Shown here: in pieces, positions 12,701 through 26,000 of the stretch
How the letters are laid out: each line of letters begins with the position of its first letter
Position numbering within the stretch: position 1 is the first letter of the stretch
Assembly (NCBI GenBank): GCA_964188305.1
Contig: OZ076890.1
Direction: 5' to 3' (one strand)
DNA length: 64,000 nucleotides
Source of the DNA: Podarcis bocagei
Lineage: Eukaryota
The notes under the pieces: generated by a model
The model's database searches: none
Told to the model about the DNA's origin: nothing
The model's input: the letters and a program-made list of their open reading frames with translations, nothing else
Made by a program: the position numbers and the translations under genes

Positions 12701-15700
12701 TTAGTGTTTCCATGTTTTCAAGGAGAGATTGCACTATACAGCAGAGCATCTGTGGCAGATAGAGAGACTGCACTTCGGAATAAAGTTCCTATAAAAACAA
12801 GACATTTCAAATAAGCAAATCTCTTAAATGACGTACATTTAATTTAGAAATCAGTTCTTATTGCTTATTAAGTTTTATGTATATACAGGCAACCAATTAC
12901 ATCTTTATTCTAGTCTTATTTATTATGTTAACATTTTAAAATAAAGATTGATTCTTGTACACTTTGATGTCATTTTTTAAACGACTGCTTCTACTCATGT
13001 TGCTAACATTCTGGGCCTTGTTGAAGAATGGCAGGTTATATTAAATAATTTAAGTAAATTATTAATAAAATAATTTATAGACCCTAGAGAAGTCACTTTA
13101 CTTGAACCTAAAGAACAGCTAAAGAACACAGCACATACATAGTTATCCAATATTAAACGAGGTTGTAAAAACAAGTTTGCAGATTATTGCATATTCCTCC
13201 CCGCTCAAATTATCAATCTTTTGTTTTCTTCTAGGGCACAAAAGCTGTCCATAAATGTACAAAACATCGAACAAAACCTATCATTCCACAGCTCTTTAAT
13301 AGATGTGTGAGACTTAAGTCATAAAAGTTGAGCAAATAATAAAGACAAGACTAGTATGCAAAAAACACTTTTCAAATGACAAATGTGTCCATGCACCATC
13401 AGATATTTGGCAATTAAAAATGTGTTTTCTTAATAATTAGTTTATTTGCAGGGATACACATGGAAATTGACTTACTAATGGTATTACATCTAGAAGAAAT
13501 ATCAGTAGAGTGCAGAGTTCTGAAACGGTTGCAACATTCCTCGTCATAAGTTGTGTCTGCATAGATTTATTTCTGCAGTTGAAAGGGAAAGCGTGGTTTT
13601 GAGAAACTTTTTAGAAACTGAACTGCATTGATGTTTTATCTTGCTTGCTACTTTTGGTAGAAATGCAGCTAAGAAATGTTTCGATATTTATGGCTGAAAT
13701 GTAATAAAGCTCAAGCATTGAAGAGATGTGAAAGTGAACACTGCAGCAGCATATTATCCCTAAGTTTTATACATTATATCAATGGCCAGGATCTTGTATG
13801 CCAAGACATGAAAATGCATACACATTTAAGGATAAAGGATGAATTAACCTGACTCCCTTTAATAAGGTAAAAAGTTAACAAACAAAACAAGATTTTAAAA
13901 ACCTGCATATGAAAACTATTGTTTCGGTTAGTTATGCTTTTATTGTTAAATAAAGAAATTTCATAGGAAGCAATTCATCAACAATATGAAATAAATAAAC
14001 AAACAAAACTAAGATTCAAACATTATCTTCAACTGAACTGTCCAACAGGTTCAAAAGGATATATTGAATATTTTTTTAGGTAAAGTAACCAACTCATTTA
14101 ATTCAAATTTGTTCTACCATTCTCTCAGCCATTTACTTACTCACTCACTTACTTACTTAAATATATGACTATTGAAAGATTCCTATAATGCTTTTCAAAA
14201 ATGTATTACAGTGGTATACAACAATAAAACTTCATAGGAAATACATACAACACACAGTAGGTCAAGAATAAGTAGCAAAGTTCAGACTCTTAGATTAACT
14301 CTAACAGCATAATATATATATATAGAGAGAGAGTGTGCACGCTACCTGAAGCAGTCTTCGAAACATCTGGTCATATAATCCCAGAGAAAATCCGTGCTTA
14401 AGGATGTGATCAGCAGATTAGCTGTTTTAACTATCTCAGATGCATTCTTGTTTTCTTTGATTGCACTAAAAACAGCAAGAGTCAAACAAATGTAGTAAAT
14501 ATTCAGCAGTAAGCATTCTGAAGTATTAAGGACAGAAGTCAAAGAACAAATATATATTGCAAAATAAGAAATCTAGCAGGGTAATGGGAACTATGTCTCA
14601 TCGGCTGTTGTTGATTTCTGCTGCATATGCTTCTGACAGCATCCTGACCACAAGACGGGTTATGTACTGTAGTTGCCATGATACCATAAGCCCTACTGGA
14701 CTACCAGCATCAATGGACCTACATTTCCAATTGACTTTTGCAGCTGATAATCCAACAAGGGGCCCTGCAGCCATTTCCCCCTATGTCATCATCAAGAGAA
14801 TTGAGAGGTCTCAGCTTGATGCAGTCTCAAATAAAACCAAACCCTTAATTACAATTTGCTTGCAGTGTGCCCATTCTAAACTGATCGACATATTAATTGT
14901 CTAACTATTCTAGTTCAATGCTCAATTTCAATGAAATTTACTTTCAGGGAAATGCTAATTTGGGTACTCAAATGCAATGACACAATAGTCATGGTCAGCA
15001 GGAAACTAGCGGGGTGGGGGTGGGGAGATAAATCAAATCCCAGTAGTGTTTTTTAGGCACCTGATTAATGTCAGAGCAAAAAAAAGAAAAAGAAAGACCA
15101 AAGCATACCTTGTAAGGACATTTCCCGTTTGACTGTAACTAAGTTTAAGATCAGAACCCAGTGTATCCTTGCAATAAGAATAGAATGCTCTGATCACTTC
15201 AAGAAACAAATCCGCAACAACTGGTGGTCCTTCAACAAAAGAAAGATACAATGAAGTCTGATCATAATGAGTGGCAGTATTTTATTTCAGCATAGAAGAG
15301 GAGGAAATAGAAACCCAATTTCTTAGTGGCCCAATGAATTATGTAGATAATTGTCAAGCCCTGTTCCATTTTTACTGGAATGATTAAAAACCGACAATGT
15401 GATCAGAAATTGTTTCCTAGAACCTTTATATTCTTAGTGAGAAGCTGAGTACTGTACTGGTCTCAGGTCATCAGATGAAGTAGGCTTTAGCTTAGAATGC
15501 TTATGGCATTACATTTTAGCCTTTAAAGCAACAGATCCTTGTTTTTGTTGCAACAAACTAATACAACTATTTTTCAGGAGCTTTTCTTCTATTTTATATT
15601 CCTCAGCAAGACTTCAGCAAGACCCACTGCAAGTACTTAGAAATATATGTATCCCCCCCCCCCCCGCAATGACTGCAACGATTCATATTATACTACATTT

Positions 15701-16979
15701 ATTCTGAGCTACTATTGTGGCCTGTCCCCTTACCACAGATTTGTTATCTGAACAAAATGCTTTAAGCAGGCACTGAAAAGAGAACATCCAAGGTTGATGT
15801 CAATAAGCAGGGAGTTTCAAAGAATAGATGCTGCCAAGTAAGTAATGTTCATTAATTTCAATGGGTCTACTCAGAGCAGAACAAACAACAAATATACAAC
15901 CCGTTCCTTTGAAAGCAGAAGGGCTAGCGCTTCTTTACATCTGCACTAGGTTTCCTCAAAATAAATTCAAACAATACTTTTGAGAGAAGATCTTGCTTGC
16001 TGTAGCCTATACACCAATTTCAAGCAATATTTCAAAAGGATAGAAATAATGCCACAGGTTCTCTTATATTTAAATATTGCACAGATGTATGAAGTATTTT
16101 TCTATTATATGTCAGGCTTTTAAAAGTGAAGTAACAGTAGCATGCTCATACCAATGGAATATACTTCCTTATTTTATCAGAGAGAAGGAAAAAGCAGGAT
16201 TGCAGAACATCTAACAGTTAAACCACAAGAGACTCTGAAAATGCAACATTAGTTTGGCAGTTACTGTCAGGGAACTGCCATCAGTGCCGGAGGGAGACAG
16301 CAAAATCCAGAGGGATTCCAGAGAGCGTCCCGGGAGTGGGAGAGGCAGCCCATCTTCTGGGGAAGAGAATCAGCGTAGCACCAGTGGAGAAGGGGGGCAG
16401 ATGGGGGAAGCGGCGAGGCGGTCACATGACTCCTTGCTGGGGACTAGCAGGGAGAGTAGAGGTCCTCCGCTACCTACGCCCTCCTTGCGCAGAAGGCTTT
16501 CGCGCAGAGAGAGTAGGCGTCAAAGAGCTTCTTTGCTGGAAGAAGTTTAAGAAACGCCCACTGACGGATTCTGCCAGCGATTGAGACAGCCATGGGAGAG
16601 TGGCTGTCCGGACAGAAAAGGTTCACTCAGGCAACCCATCCAGGTGTTTGCACTGGCTTACACACGAGCAACCCCTAGAACCATTACAGTTACTTCTAAA
16701 CATTTAGGAACAGAAATGTTATTTCCACAATAGAAATCCACAAGAGCTACTCAAGCAGCCAAGGTTGACAGCCATTCAGAACATAATCTAGAGACAAGAT
16801 GGTTTTAAAAACCAATATGAAGCTATGGCCATAAAGCTGATATGGACAAAACAAAGGTCAGTTCATAGTGTGTTTCCTGCATATCCTGGAGGCATACTGA
16901 AGCACATGACTAGTGATCTGGGCACAAGCCTTATTGGGACTCATCATGATAAGAATAATAAACAAATTAATAAAATAAT

Positions 16980-17024
<45 letters not shown>

Positions 17025-20000
17025 AACAATAATAATATTTTTTATTTATACCCTGCCCCCCAAGACTGGGCTCAAGGCGGCTAACACCGAGTATAAAAAC
17101 AATTGATTAAAATACAACTTAAAAACAAACTGAAAATACAACATTAAAATGCAGCTTCATTTCAGTAGAAATTCAAATCAAAAACTTTTTGGGGTTGAAA
17201 ACGTCAAATCTTCACCAAGGCCAACTATCCAGACTGTACCTACGTGGGCCAGAAAAAAGCCAGGGAAGTCCCCAAATAGGAGTTCCATCACAGAAGGAAA
17301 AAGGAAAAAGAGGGGGAGGGGATCAAGTTGATTCCAAGCCAAAGGCCAGACGGAACAACTCTGTCTTACCGGCCCTGCGGAAAGAAATCGGATCCTGCAG
17401 GGCCCTGCAGAGCGTTCCACCAGGCCGGTGCAAGTGTTGAAAAGGCCCTGGCTCTGGTTGAGGCTAATCTAACTTCCTTAGGGCCGGGGACCTCTAGGGT
17501 GTTGCTATATATGGACCTTAAGGTCCTCCGTGGGGCGGTCCCGTAGGTACGAGGTCCTAGGCCATGAAGGGCTTTAAAGGTCAAAACCACCACCTTAAAT
17601 CTGACCCTGTACTCCACCAGGAGCCAGTGAAGCTGGAAAAGCACTGGGTGAATATGTTCCCATGGCAGAGACCCCGTGAGGAGCCTCGCTGCAGCATTCT
17701 GCAGCCGCTGGAGTTTCTGGGACAGCTTCAAGGGCAGCCCCGCATAGAGCAAATTACATCCTGCTACCTATTGGCAAAGAAGCTGTAAAGTTTGTCTTTT
17801 GTTTTGCTTAGCCATCTATTGGCCTGTTCACATGTAATGTTAACCTATAGTTTATTAATTGGTATGGTTTGTTTATAACCAACAAACAATACTTTGCAGT
17901 CAGGATTTGTTGCTGGCTATGGTTTGTTTCAGCTGTGACTTAGTTCTTTAACTTTCTTCTTTAACCATCATTTGTCATCCCACGTCAGATGCTTGCTAAA
18001 GGCACAAACCTAGAACAAATGGAAAACAAATATATGTAGCCAAGTATATTTTTGTATTAGTTCTCTTGAGAGACTTCCTTCTTACCTATTTCAGGTTTGT
18101 CAAGTAGGCTTATCAGAATGCGGAATGGTCTCAAATATGCATGATGCTGTTCCTCCAAGTCAGATTCTGCAAAATTTTGATGCAGTATTTCAATCAACGC
18201 CTGTTAAAACAATCAAATGTTGAATTTGGAAGCAAAAATAGCATTAACATTAAACGACGAAGATACAAGTAGATCCCTTGCAGTCGCTAGATACCTGATT
18301 AATGTTTTATTTCAAAAGAGGAGAAATGGGTCACTGTATGTCTCTGACAGCTTAGCTAAAACTTAAGAACCATCAATAAGTGCCAGAACTAAGACATATA
18401 CCCCCCCCAAAATCTGATGGATCTGAACTGTGGTTTACATAGAGGGAGCTTATTGTGTATAGTGTTTACTTAACTGAAGTAAAATTGGTTCTATATGGGT
18501 GTTTTAACTTGGAACTGTTTAAACTGTATTGTTTATGGATAAATTCTGATGTATTGTTTTCGATATGGGCCAATGGCCGCAATAATTCTATCTATCTATC
18601 TATCTAGCATTAACATTGTCACTTACTCTAATCTTACTGCTTACTGCTAATCTCAAAACACAGCCAAACCCCGACTGAAAAGAAGGGTGGAAAACTGACG
18701 GCAGATTCCAAAGCCATTTTCAGAATTCCTCTTTTACAACCTAACATTGTGGTTCTCCTGCAACTGCAGAGAAGACATAGTGGCTTGAGCTGCAGCGGCT
18801 AAAGTAGTATGTGGTTTGGCATGGACAGGGGAAAGAGCATAGCCAATAGCTCCTACCCACAGCAGACAATTCCCCCACATTGCCTTTAGAACTAGGAACC
18901 AGCATCAATAGAAGTATAGTTTCCAGTACCGCTCTGTACTGCCTTGGTCAGACCACTTATGAAATACTGTGTTCAGTTCTGGGCATCACAATTTAAGGAT
19001 ATTAACAAGCTGTAACGTGTGCAGGAGGCAAGCAAGATGATCAAGGATCTGGAAGCCAAACCTGATGAGGAATGTTTGAGGGAGTTGGGTATGTTTAGTC
19101 TGGCTAAGAGAAGACTGGGAGAAGATATGATAGCCATCTCCGATGGTGTTTCCTGCTTGGCAGGGGGTTGGACTCGATGGCCCTTGTGGTCTATTCCAAC
19201 TCTATGATTCTATGATCTCCAAACATCTAAAGGGCTGTTACATGGAAGAAGAAGAAAGCTTGTTTTCTCCTGCTCCAGAGGCAAGGACACAAATCAATGG
19301 GTTCAAGTTACAAGAAAGGAGATGCCAACCAAACATCAGACAGAACTTTCTGTTCAACAGCGGAGCAGACTCCCACAAGAGCTGGTGGACTCTTCTTTCA
19401 TCGGAGGTTTTCAAGCAGAGGTTGAATGGTCACCTGTCTTGGGTGCTTTAGCTGAAATTCCTGCATTAGAGGGGGTTAGACTAGATGATCCTCGGGGTCC
19501 CTTCCAACTCTACAATTTTATGACTCTATGAATTGAAAGGAAATGTTGATTTTTCTGCAGTTCTAGTATTATGACCTGCTTCCTCCTTGCACTCAGAGCT
19601 ACAAAACAGAAGCATAACTAGTAGAGACAGTTGAATGATGTCAGCAATGAAATGCAGTTGCTGACATGGCTGTGCCACTTCCTCCTGCTGTACCTACACA
19701 CTGAGACTGGGACTGGATGCTACCACCAAAATTCCCATATGTGATCCTATGAGCTGCTGAGCTTGCACACGGGTGACTAGGCAACAAGGAATGTATCTTT
19801 CAGGAAATTTATTATAATACAGGTTACATTCTTCAAGGAATATTACGCACCTCAACTAAAAGATCTTTGGAATATTTCCCAAAAAAGTAGAAGGCATGGT
19901 CCTCTAAGGACATAGAAATAGACGGATCTGGTAGAAAAGTACCTCCCTTGATATCAGAACCTGAGAACATGATAAATAAAGAAAATATGAAAGTGGATTA

Positions 20001-23000
20001 AATATCATGAATGCAATATAATATACTTTTAAGTCAACGGCACAAACAACTATGACAAAGGTTGAACTGCTTTTCCCTTCCGACATTAATAGCACTTGAG
20101 CCATCAGTGTGGAATCAGGGGATTTTGCTTAATTTGGCAGCAGGACCAATCTAAAATAAAGTGTGGCAGTACGTTTAACTTTCTTTGGTCTTTTGTAGAG
20201 TCACATACATGTCACATTCGATACTGTAGGTGGTGGAAGCCCATAATATGAGCTACTACTATAGATGCAATACATGCATGCTAACTTTCTGTGAGTTATA
20301 TTGAGACCAAAGCGCATCCACCAGGAGCTGTGTATCCAGCACTGTGGGCCGAATTCTCTGGAGCTCTCTTCCAGCTGAGTTCAGACAGGCCTGCTGGTTG
20401 TTGAACATCTGGTGCTTTATTTTAGCAGTACCCTTTCCCAATTTCTTTTAACCTGATTTTATCTTCATTGTATCTTTTTTGTGACCTTATTTTGCACCTT
20501 CTCTAGACTAAGGTGTTAAACAGACCATAAATGGTTGAACAAAATGTAATAAACAGGATGTCAGATTTATGCTCGTGCTATTAAAATCTGACATGAAGTT
20601 GGATACACTTTCCCCTCACACATAAGCAATATCTAGTATGGATGTAAAATAGTGATCTGGAGATAGGAATCTGACTTATACACAGCCAGATCACTCACTC
20701 TATCTAGTTCAGTATCATCTCCATTGCCTGGCCACAGATCCCTAGGGTTTCAGACAAAAGCGTTTGTTTCTCAGCTCTATCTGAAGATGCCAAGGATTAA
20801 ACCCGGGACTTTTTACATACAAAGCATGTCCTCTACTACTGATCCATGGCATTTACCTGGTAAGTGAAATATAGACCTTTAATCCCACCAGTCTTACAAA
20901 GTGAATAATCAACTGTCCGGCTTAATATTGATTTCTGTTTCACAAAATAGTTCATAATACAGTGGACACGGAGCCTTCTATTAATTTAAACTTTCTACTT
21001 GGTATTCCTGAATTACTGAGAAAGCAAGCTGTCAATTAAGTCACTGAGTAAGCAATGTATGACAATAAAGGGTGCAATTTTTCAAAGACAAAGGCAGTGG
21101 TAGCCAATGTGGCACCCTCCAGATGATGTTGTGCTACAGTTCCCATCAGCCTCAGCCAGCTTGGCCACAGGTGATGGCGGGGGGGCATGTTGGGTACCCC
21201 TGATCTAATTGATACTTCTGTGATACTCCCCTTCCATTGGGGAAACGCTTGTGCACACAAAATCTTATGCAAGGTAACACAAATGGCACTTCTCTACATA
21301 CAGTATAATCATAACCCCGCCTACTCAGAAATATGTCCAATTGCATTCAGTGTGGCCTATTTCCAGGGAAGTGGGGTTAGGCCTGCAGCTGTAGTTGTGT
21401 AAGGCAATTCCAGCAAAGATGCATATAATACAGTGTTTGGGGATGTCTGTATACTCCCTGAATATCCCAGGACAAAAATGTTGTAAAAAACGGTATTCTG
21501 CTGTAGATGGCCCATAAATACAGATGAAACCTGGAGTTTTTAAACATTCTATTTCAAGAGTGTGCACTAAAGTTATCTGAATACCAATAGCAAAAATTAC
21601 ACACAAAGATAATGTGGCTATAATTTGTACAGTACCTAGCAGCCATGCATATAACCTTCTGTTAAGTGACATATCTCTTCTTAAGAGAGTTTGGGCAGAT
21701 GCTGAGAGAAGGTGGACTATATCAGATCTAGACAGTGTGACAGCACTTTCACTGGGATCCTAAACAAAGAACAAACAAGTCAGATATAGGTGAGTTTCCT
21801 CGAACAAAAGCCAGGAAATGCAAAAACAAACAAAGCCACCGGCACTGTGGCAATAAAAAAATTAGCAACATAAAACTCCTCTCACTTTAACGCTGCAATC
21901 TGTTCATGTCCATCAGGACCAAGACAGCCTAACCATAGTTCTGATACTGGCAACTTCAAGACTTGATTTATTGCAATGCAATCTGCATTAAATGTCCCTT
22001 GAGGTGGCCAAGAAACTGCAGTTACTAAAGCAGCATGTTGTTTTGGTGGTAGATACGGCAGTGAACTCCTTAGAGAACCAGAATTTTGTACAGGGCTGCC
22101 CCTTCTTTAAACATCTTCAGAATACTTACACAGAGACCAATGGTTTGTTTGATTTTGGAATGGGTGGGGGAGAACTAAAAAATAAACCCAACCGGAAACC
22201 AAGGCACCACTTGCATGTACAGAAAATGTACAAAGCCTATGCAGGTTTCCCTTGCACTTGCCTGTCAGTGTAGCAAGCCTTAGAGTTGGACCACAAAAAG
22301 TTAAGTCTTTTCCTTACCAAAGATGAATAAAATGGGAAGAAGAAGAGAACCACTTCCAAAGTGTTTCTTTGCACGAGAACATTTGAATCCAGCATTGACA
22401 CACAAAAAGCTTTCACCTGTAAGAAAAGAACAGAATTGCATTTGAGGAATACACCCCTCTGCTGCCAAGGAATATACCTGGTAGTGGAGGGCATGACGGA
22501 GGCACAAGCTTCCCTTGGGCAAAGGGAATGGGAAGTTGTTGGAAGTGTTAGGATGTAGTAGGGCTGATGGGGTCTGCATGAGGATAAAGTAGGTAAGAGT
22601 GTAATCCCCATGCTTCCTAGACTCTCTTTCTCACCTAACCTGTAGTGATTTTTTTCAGATGCCAGACTCTTAGGACTGCTGACCTCACTTCTTACTTCTC
22701 CCTTCTTTGATCCCACTTTTTGCTTCTCTCTTCTGCAGAGATGACAGAGCAAGCATGGCTCTCCTCATCTCCTTCTTAGTTAGGCAGAACTAGGGCCAGC
22801 TTTCGAACAAACATGCATTTCGTCTAACTAATGTAGCTTTCTTATTTTTCTATACTGAAGACTCTGTGGGCACTGAGGGACACTGACAAACTGGAACGTG
22901 TCCAGACGAGGGCAACCAAAATGGTCAAAGGCCTGGAAACGATGCCTTATGAGGAACGGCTAAGGGAGCTGGGCATGTTTAGCCTGGAGAAGAGGAGGTT

Positions 23001-26000
23001 AAGGGGTGATATGATAGCCATGTTCAAATATATAAAAGGATGTCACATAGAGGAGGGAGAAAGGTTGTTTTCTGCTGCTCCAGAGAAGCGGACACGGAGC
23101 AATGGATCCAAACTACAAGAAAGAAGATTCCACCTAAACATTAGGAAGAACTTCCTGACAGTAAGAGCTGTTCGACAGTGGAATTTGCTGCCAAGGAGTG
23201 TGGTGGAGTCTCCTACTTTGGAGGTCTTTAAGCAGAGGCTTGACAACCATATGTCAGGAGTGTTCTGATGGTGTTTCCTGCTTGGCAGGAGGTTGGACTC
23301 GATGGCCCTTGTGGTCTCTTCCAACTCTATGATTCTATGGTTGCCTTCAGCGAAAAGTGTGTTCCTCCAAATAGGGATTCAGTGCAGTTCCAGTTCAAGG
23401 TTCTGCTGGTGCATATAAACTCACCCTCTTTCCAACAGTTAAACTGAGGGAGATTTCACATGGTCCCTATTATTCTTAGATTTGTTGCTGTTGATCAACA
23501 CAGCCAGAGAAAATGATCTGAGAAAGGACATCCAAGGATGGCTATGTATCACCTTCATGAGTGTATGATTAGTTTGTAGTTTGCCCATGCTTCTAGAATT
23601 GTTTGTTTAGAAACGCATACAAAGAACACACATTACCAGTTGTGTAACCTACCATGAGCTTAGTATCAGTTCCCAGCATATACTTCTGCTGTTTTCCAGA
23701 TAATTCTCTGTTGATATGACTAACAACAAAAAGGGAGGCAGGCAGCCTTATGGAAGGACTAACCAGGACACTCCCCCATAATGCTGAGTAAAACACTTCT
23801 TTGCCAATTACTAGAGACAACTTCACAAGTAAAGCATCTGTCCTGTGAAAACAAAAAGAAGTGGGAATGAAAAAGGGAAGTTTCTATACCACTTCCATCA
23901 AATGACCATTCTTTTTTTTTTTAATAAAAAACGACAGCTTAATCTAGAAAAGATCACTCACTCCAGTTTGGAACTGTCACTGCATTCACATTTTCACATA
24001 ATTTGTCCCTCTGTCACGAGTTATACCCAGTCTAGGCCTGCTCTTTCTACAGTAAATTAGTATTGCCACTCATGTACATCACAGGTATTCAAAATTGGGA
24101 ACTGATGTTACGGAAGAAGATGGAGAAATGATTCTAGGATTGTGCTGAAGGAAATTACTACTCTAGTCAACCCTACCACATTTTAGCAATTGTGACTCAA
24201 AGGATCATGCGACCATGCCTTCAACCATACAACTTAGATAAAAAAAAGTTCACCCTTTGGCTGCTAATTATTTAATGCTGTCAGCATTTAAATATAATAA
24301 GGGGCTACTTATGGCCATCTGCTTTAAATCTCTCCTCCCCACCAAGTCATATCACTAATGGGCAAGACTTAATGTACGAGTCACCCAATGATTGCTCATA
24401 ATCTGAATAAATTAAGTGGACAGAATCTCTTGATCGGAAAGAAGTAATCACCTCAGGAAGTGCTGATAAGAACAGGATGCAAGCTTCCCACCTTTGTTTC
24501 TTCTCTTTCAAATACAGATTTTTGCGAAGATTTTGCTTGGGGGGCGGGGAGTACCGACATGTGGTGGCGGTGAAACATATTGGAAAGGTAAGTAATACTA
24601 ACAGTATCTCATTCACCTGCCTTTTGTGGATTTTGGTGAAGATCTGGTGTCTGAGAAGGCTTTAATATTTGAAAATCATTTCTGATAGTTCAGATGTCTA
24701 CATAACTGGATTAATGTATACTATGAATTTGCAGAATTAGAGAAAGGAAGCCCGCATCCTGTGAGCTTAACCAAAAGCAAACTACCCACACAAATTATGT
24801 GCATAATTAAATAATACACGTAGTAGAGACAGACTTGATGGCTGACAAGACTCTCAACTACACTGCATCAGTTCTGCATCACTGATGTTCCAAATCTCAT
24901 ACCAGTCATAATCTTGTTAGAGGCCTTAAGTCTCAATGTTTCATCCCTTACTCCTATCTACAATAGGCAATAGTGACATACTTTGCACTCTTATAAGACT
25001 GAAAGAAAAAAACAAAAATGCTTAGGGTGGGTTTAGAGGATAAAGCTCAAGCAAATGTTTCCATAAAACTCTGAAAATAGGCAAGGCTTTCTCTAAATTC
25101 CATTGACAGAGCTTGTAAATATTAAGCAGAAGGGAGCCTTTCCTGCTGCTTCCAGATGCCTTTTGGCACAGCGACATTTCCATTTGTACCCAAAAAAACC
25201 TGCTTGTTTGCACTTATGATTCTGCAGCCACAGGCACTTCCTGCTCAAGTTGTCCTGTGGCCCTTGCCAAATACAAACAGAACATCTTAACTCTTAAATC
25301 CTTACAGCTCTGCCCTTCCTGTTTCTTTCAGTAGCTTGTCTTCTCTGACCCCACCAAGAGCCTTTCCACATGCTCCATACTGCACAGGTGAGCAACTCTT
25401 GGAAGTGGGGGGTTTCTATTAAATAAATATATTTTTAAAAAGTTTTTAAAATGTAATGACATTTATTGTAAGAGCAAGTGATACCAACCTGTCATAGATT
25501 TCTGACCCTTCCTCCAAACCGGGCAGGAGTCCAATCAAGAAGGCTTGAAGACTTGGCAAGAGGCACTTCTGTAGTGGGATAAAGTACTTCTCGTACAGGC
25601 CAAGAAGAACAGGCCTCACCGACATTGCTGCATTTGCCAGCAATGGAAACAAGCCTGAGCTGGTGGCAGAGAGAGAATGAGAGATTTAAAAAGGGGGAGT
25701 GGGTGTCAGCCATTGGTTGCATTCACACATTATGTTAAATTACGGCTTAGTATTACAAGGATGTGTTGAACACCCCATTCAACTACCTTGGGCTTGTGCA
25801 CTTCCTTCTCCCCTGAGGCAGCTATGAGAAAGTTTAGAAACATTTGTTCCCATTTGAAATTAACCACAGCTTTTTGTGACTACTGAAACCTGGAAAACTG
25901 TGGCTAATCTTAGTTATTTGTTCAAACAGGTTACCGTATTTTTCGCCCCATAAGACGCACCGGCCCATAGGACGCACCTAGTTTTTTTTTGGGGGGGGAA

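Noticed and set aside
14557-14904. 115-aa plus-strand ORF or conserved element in a DOP1B intron
   Set aside because: No recognisable domain or splice context, and conservation cannot be assessed here
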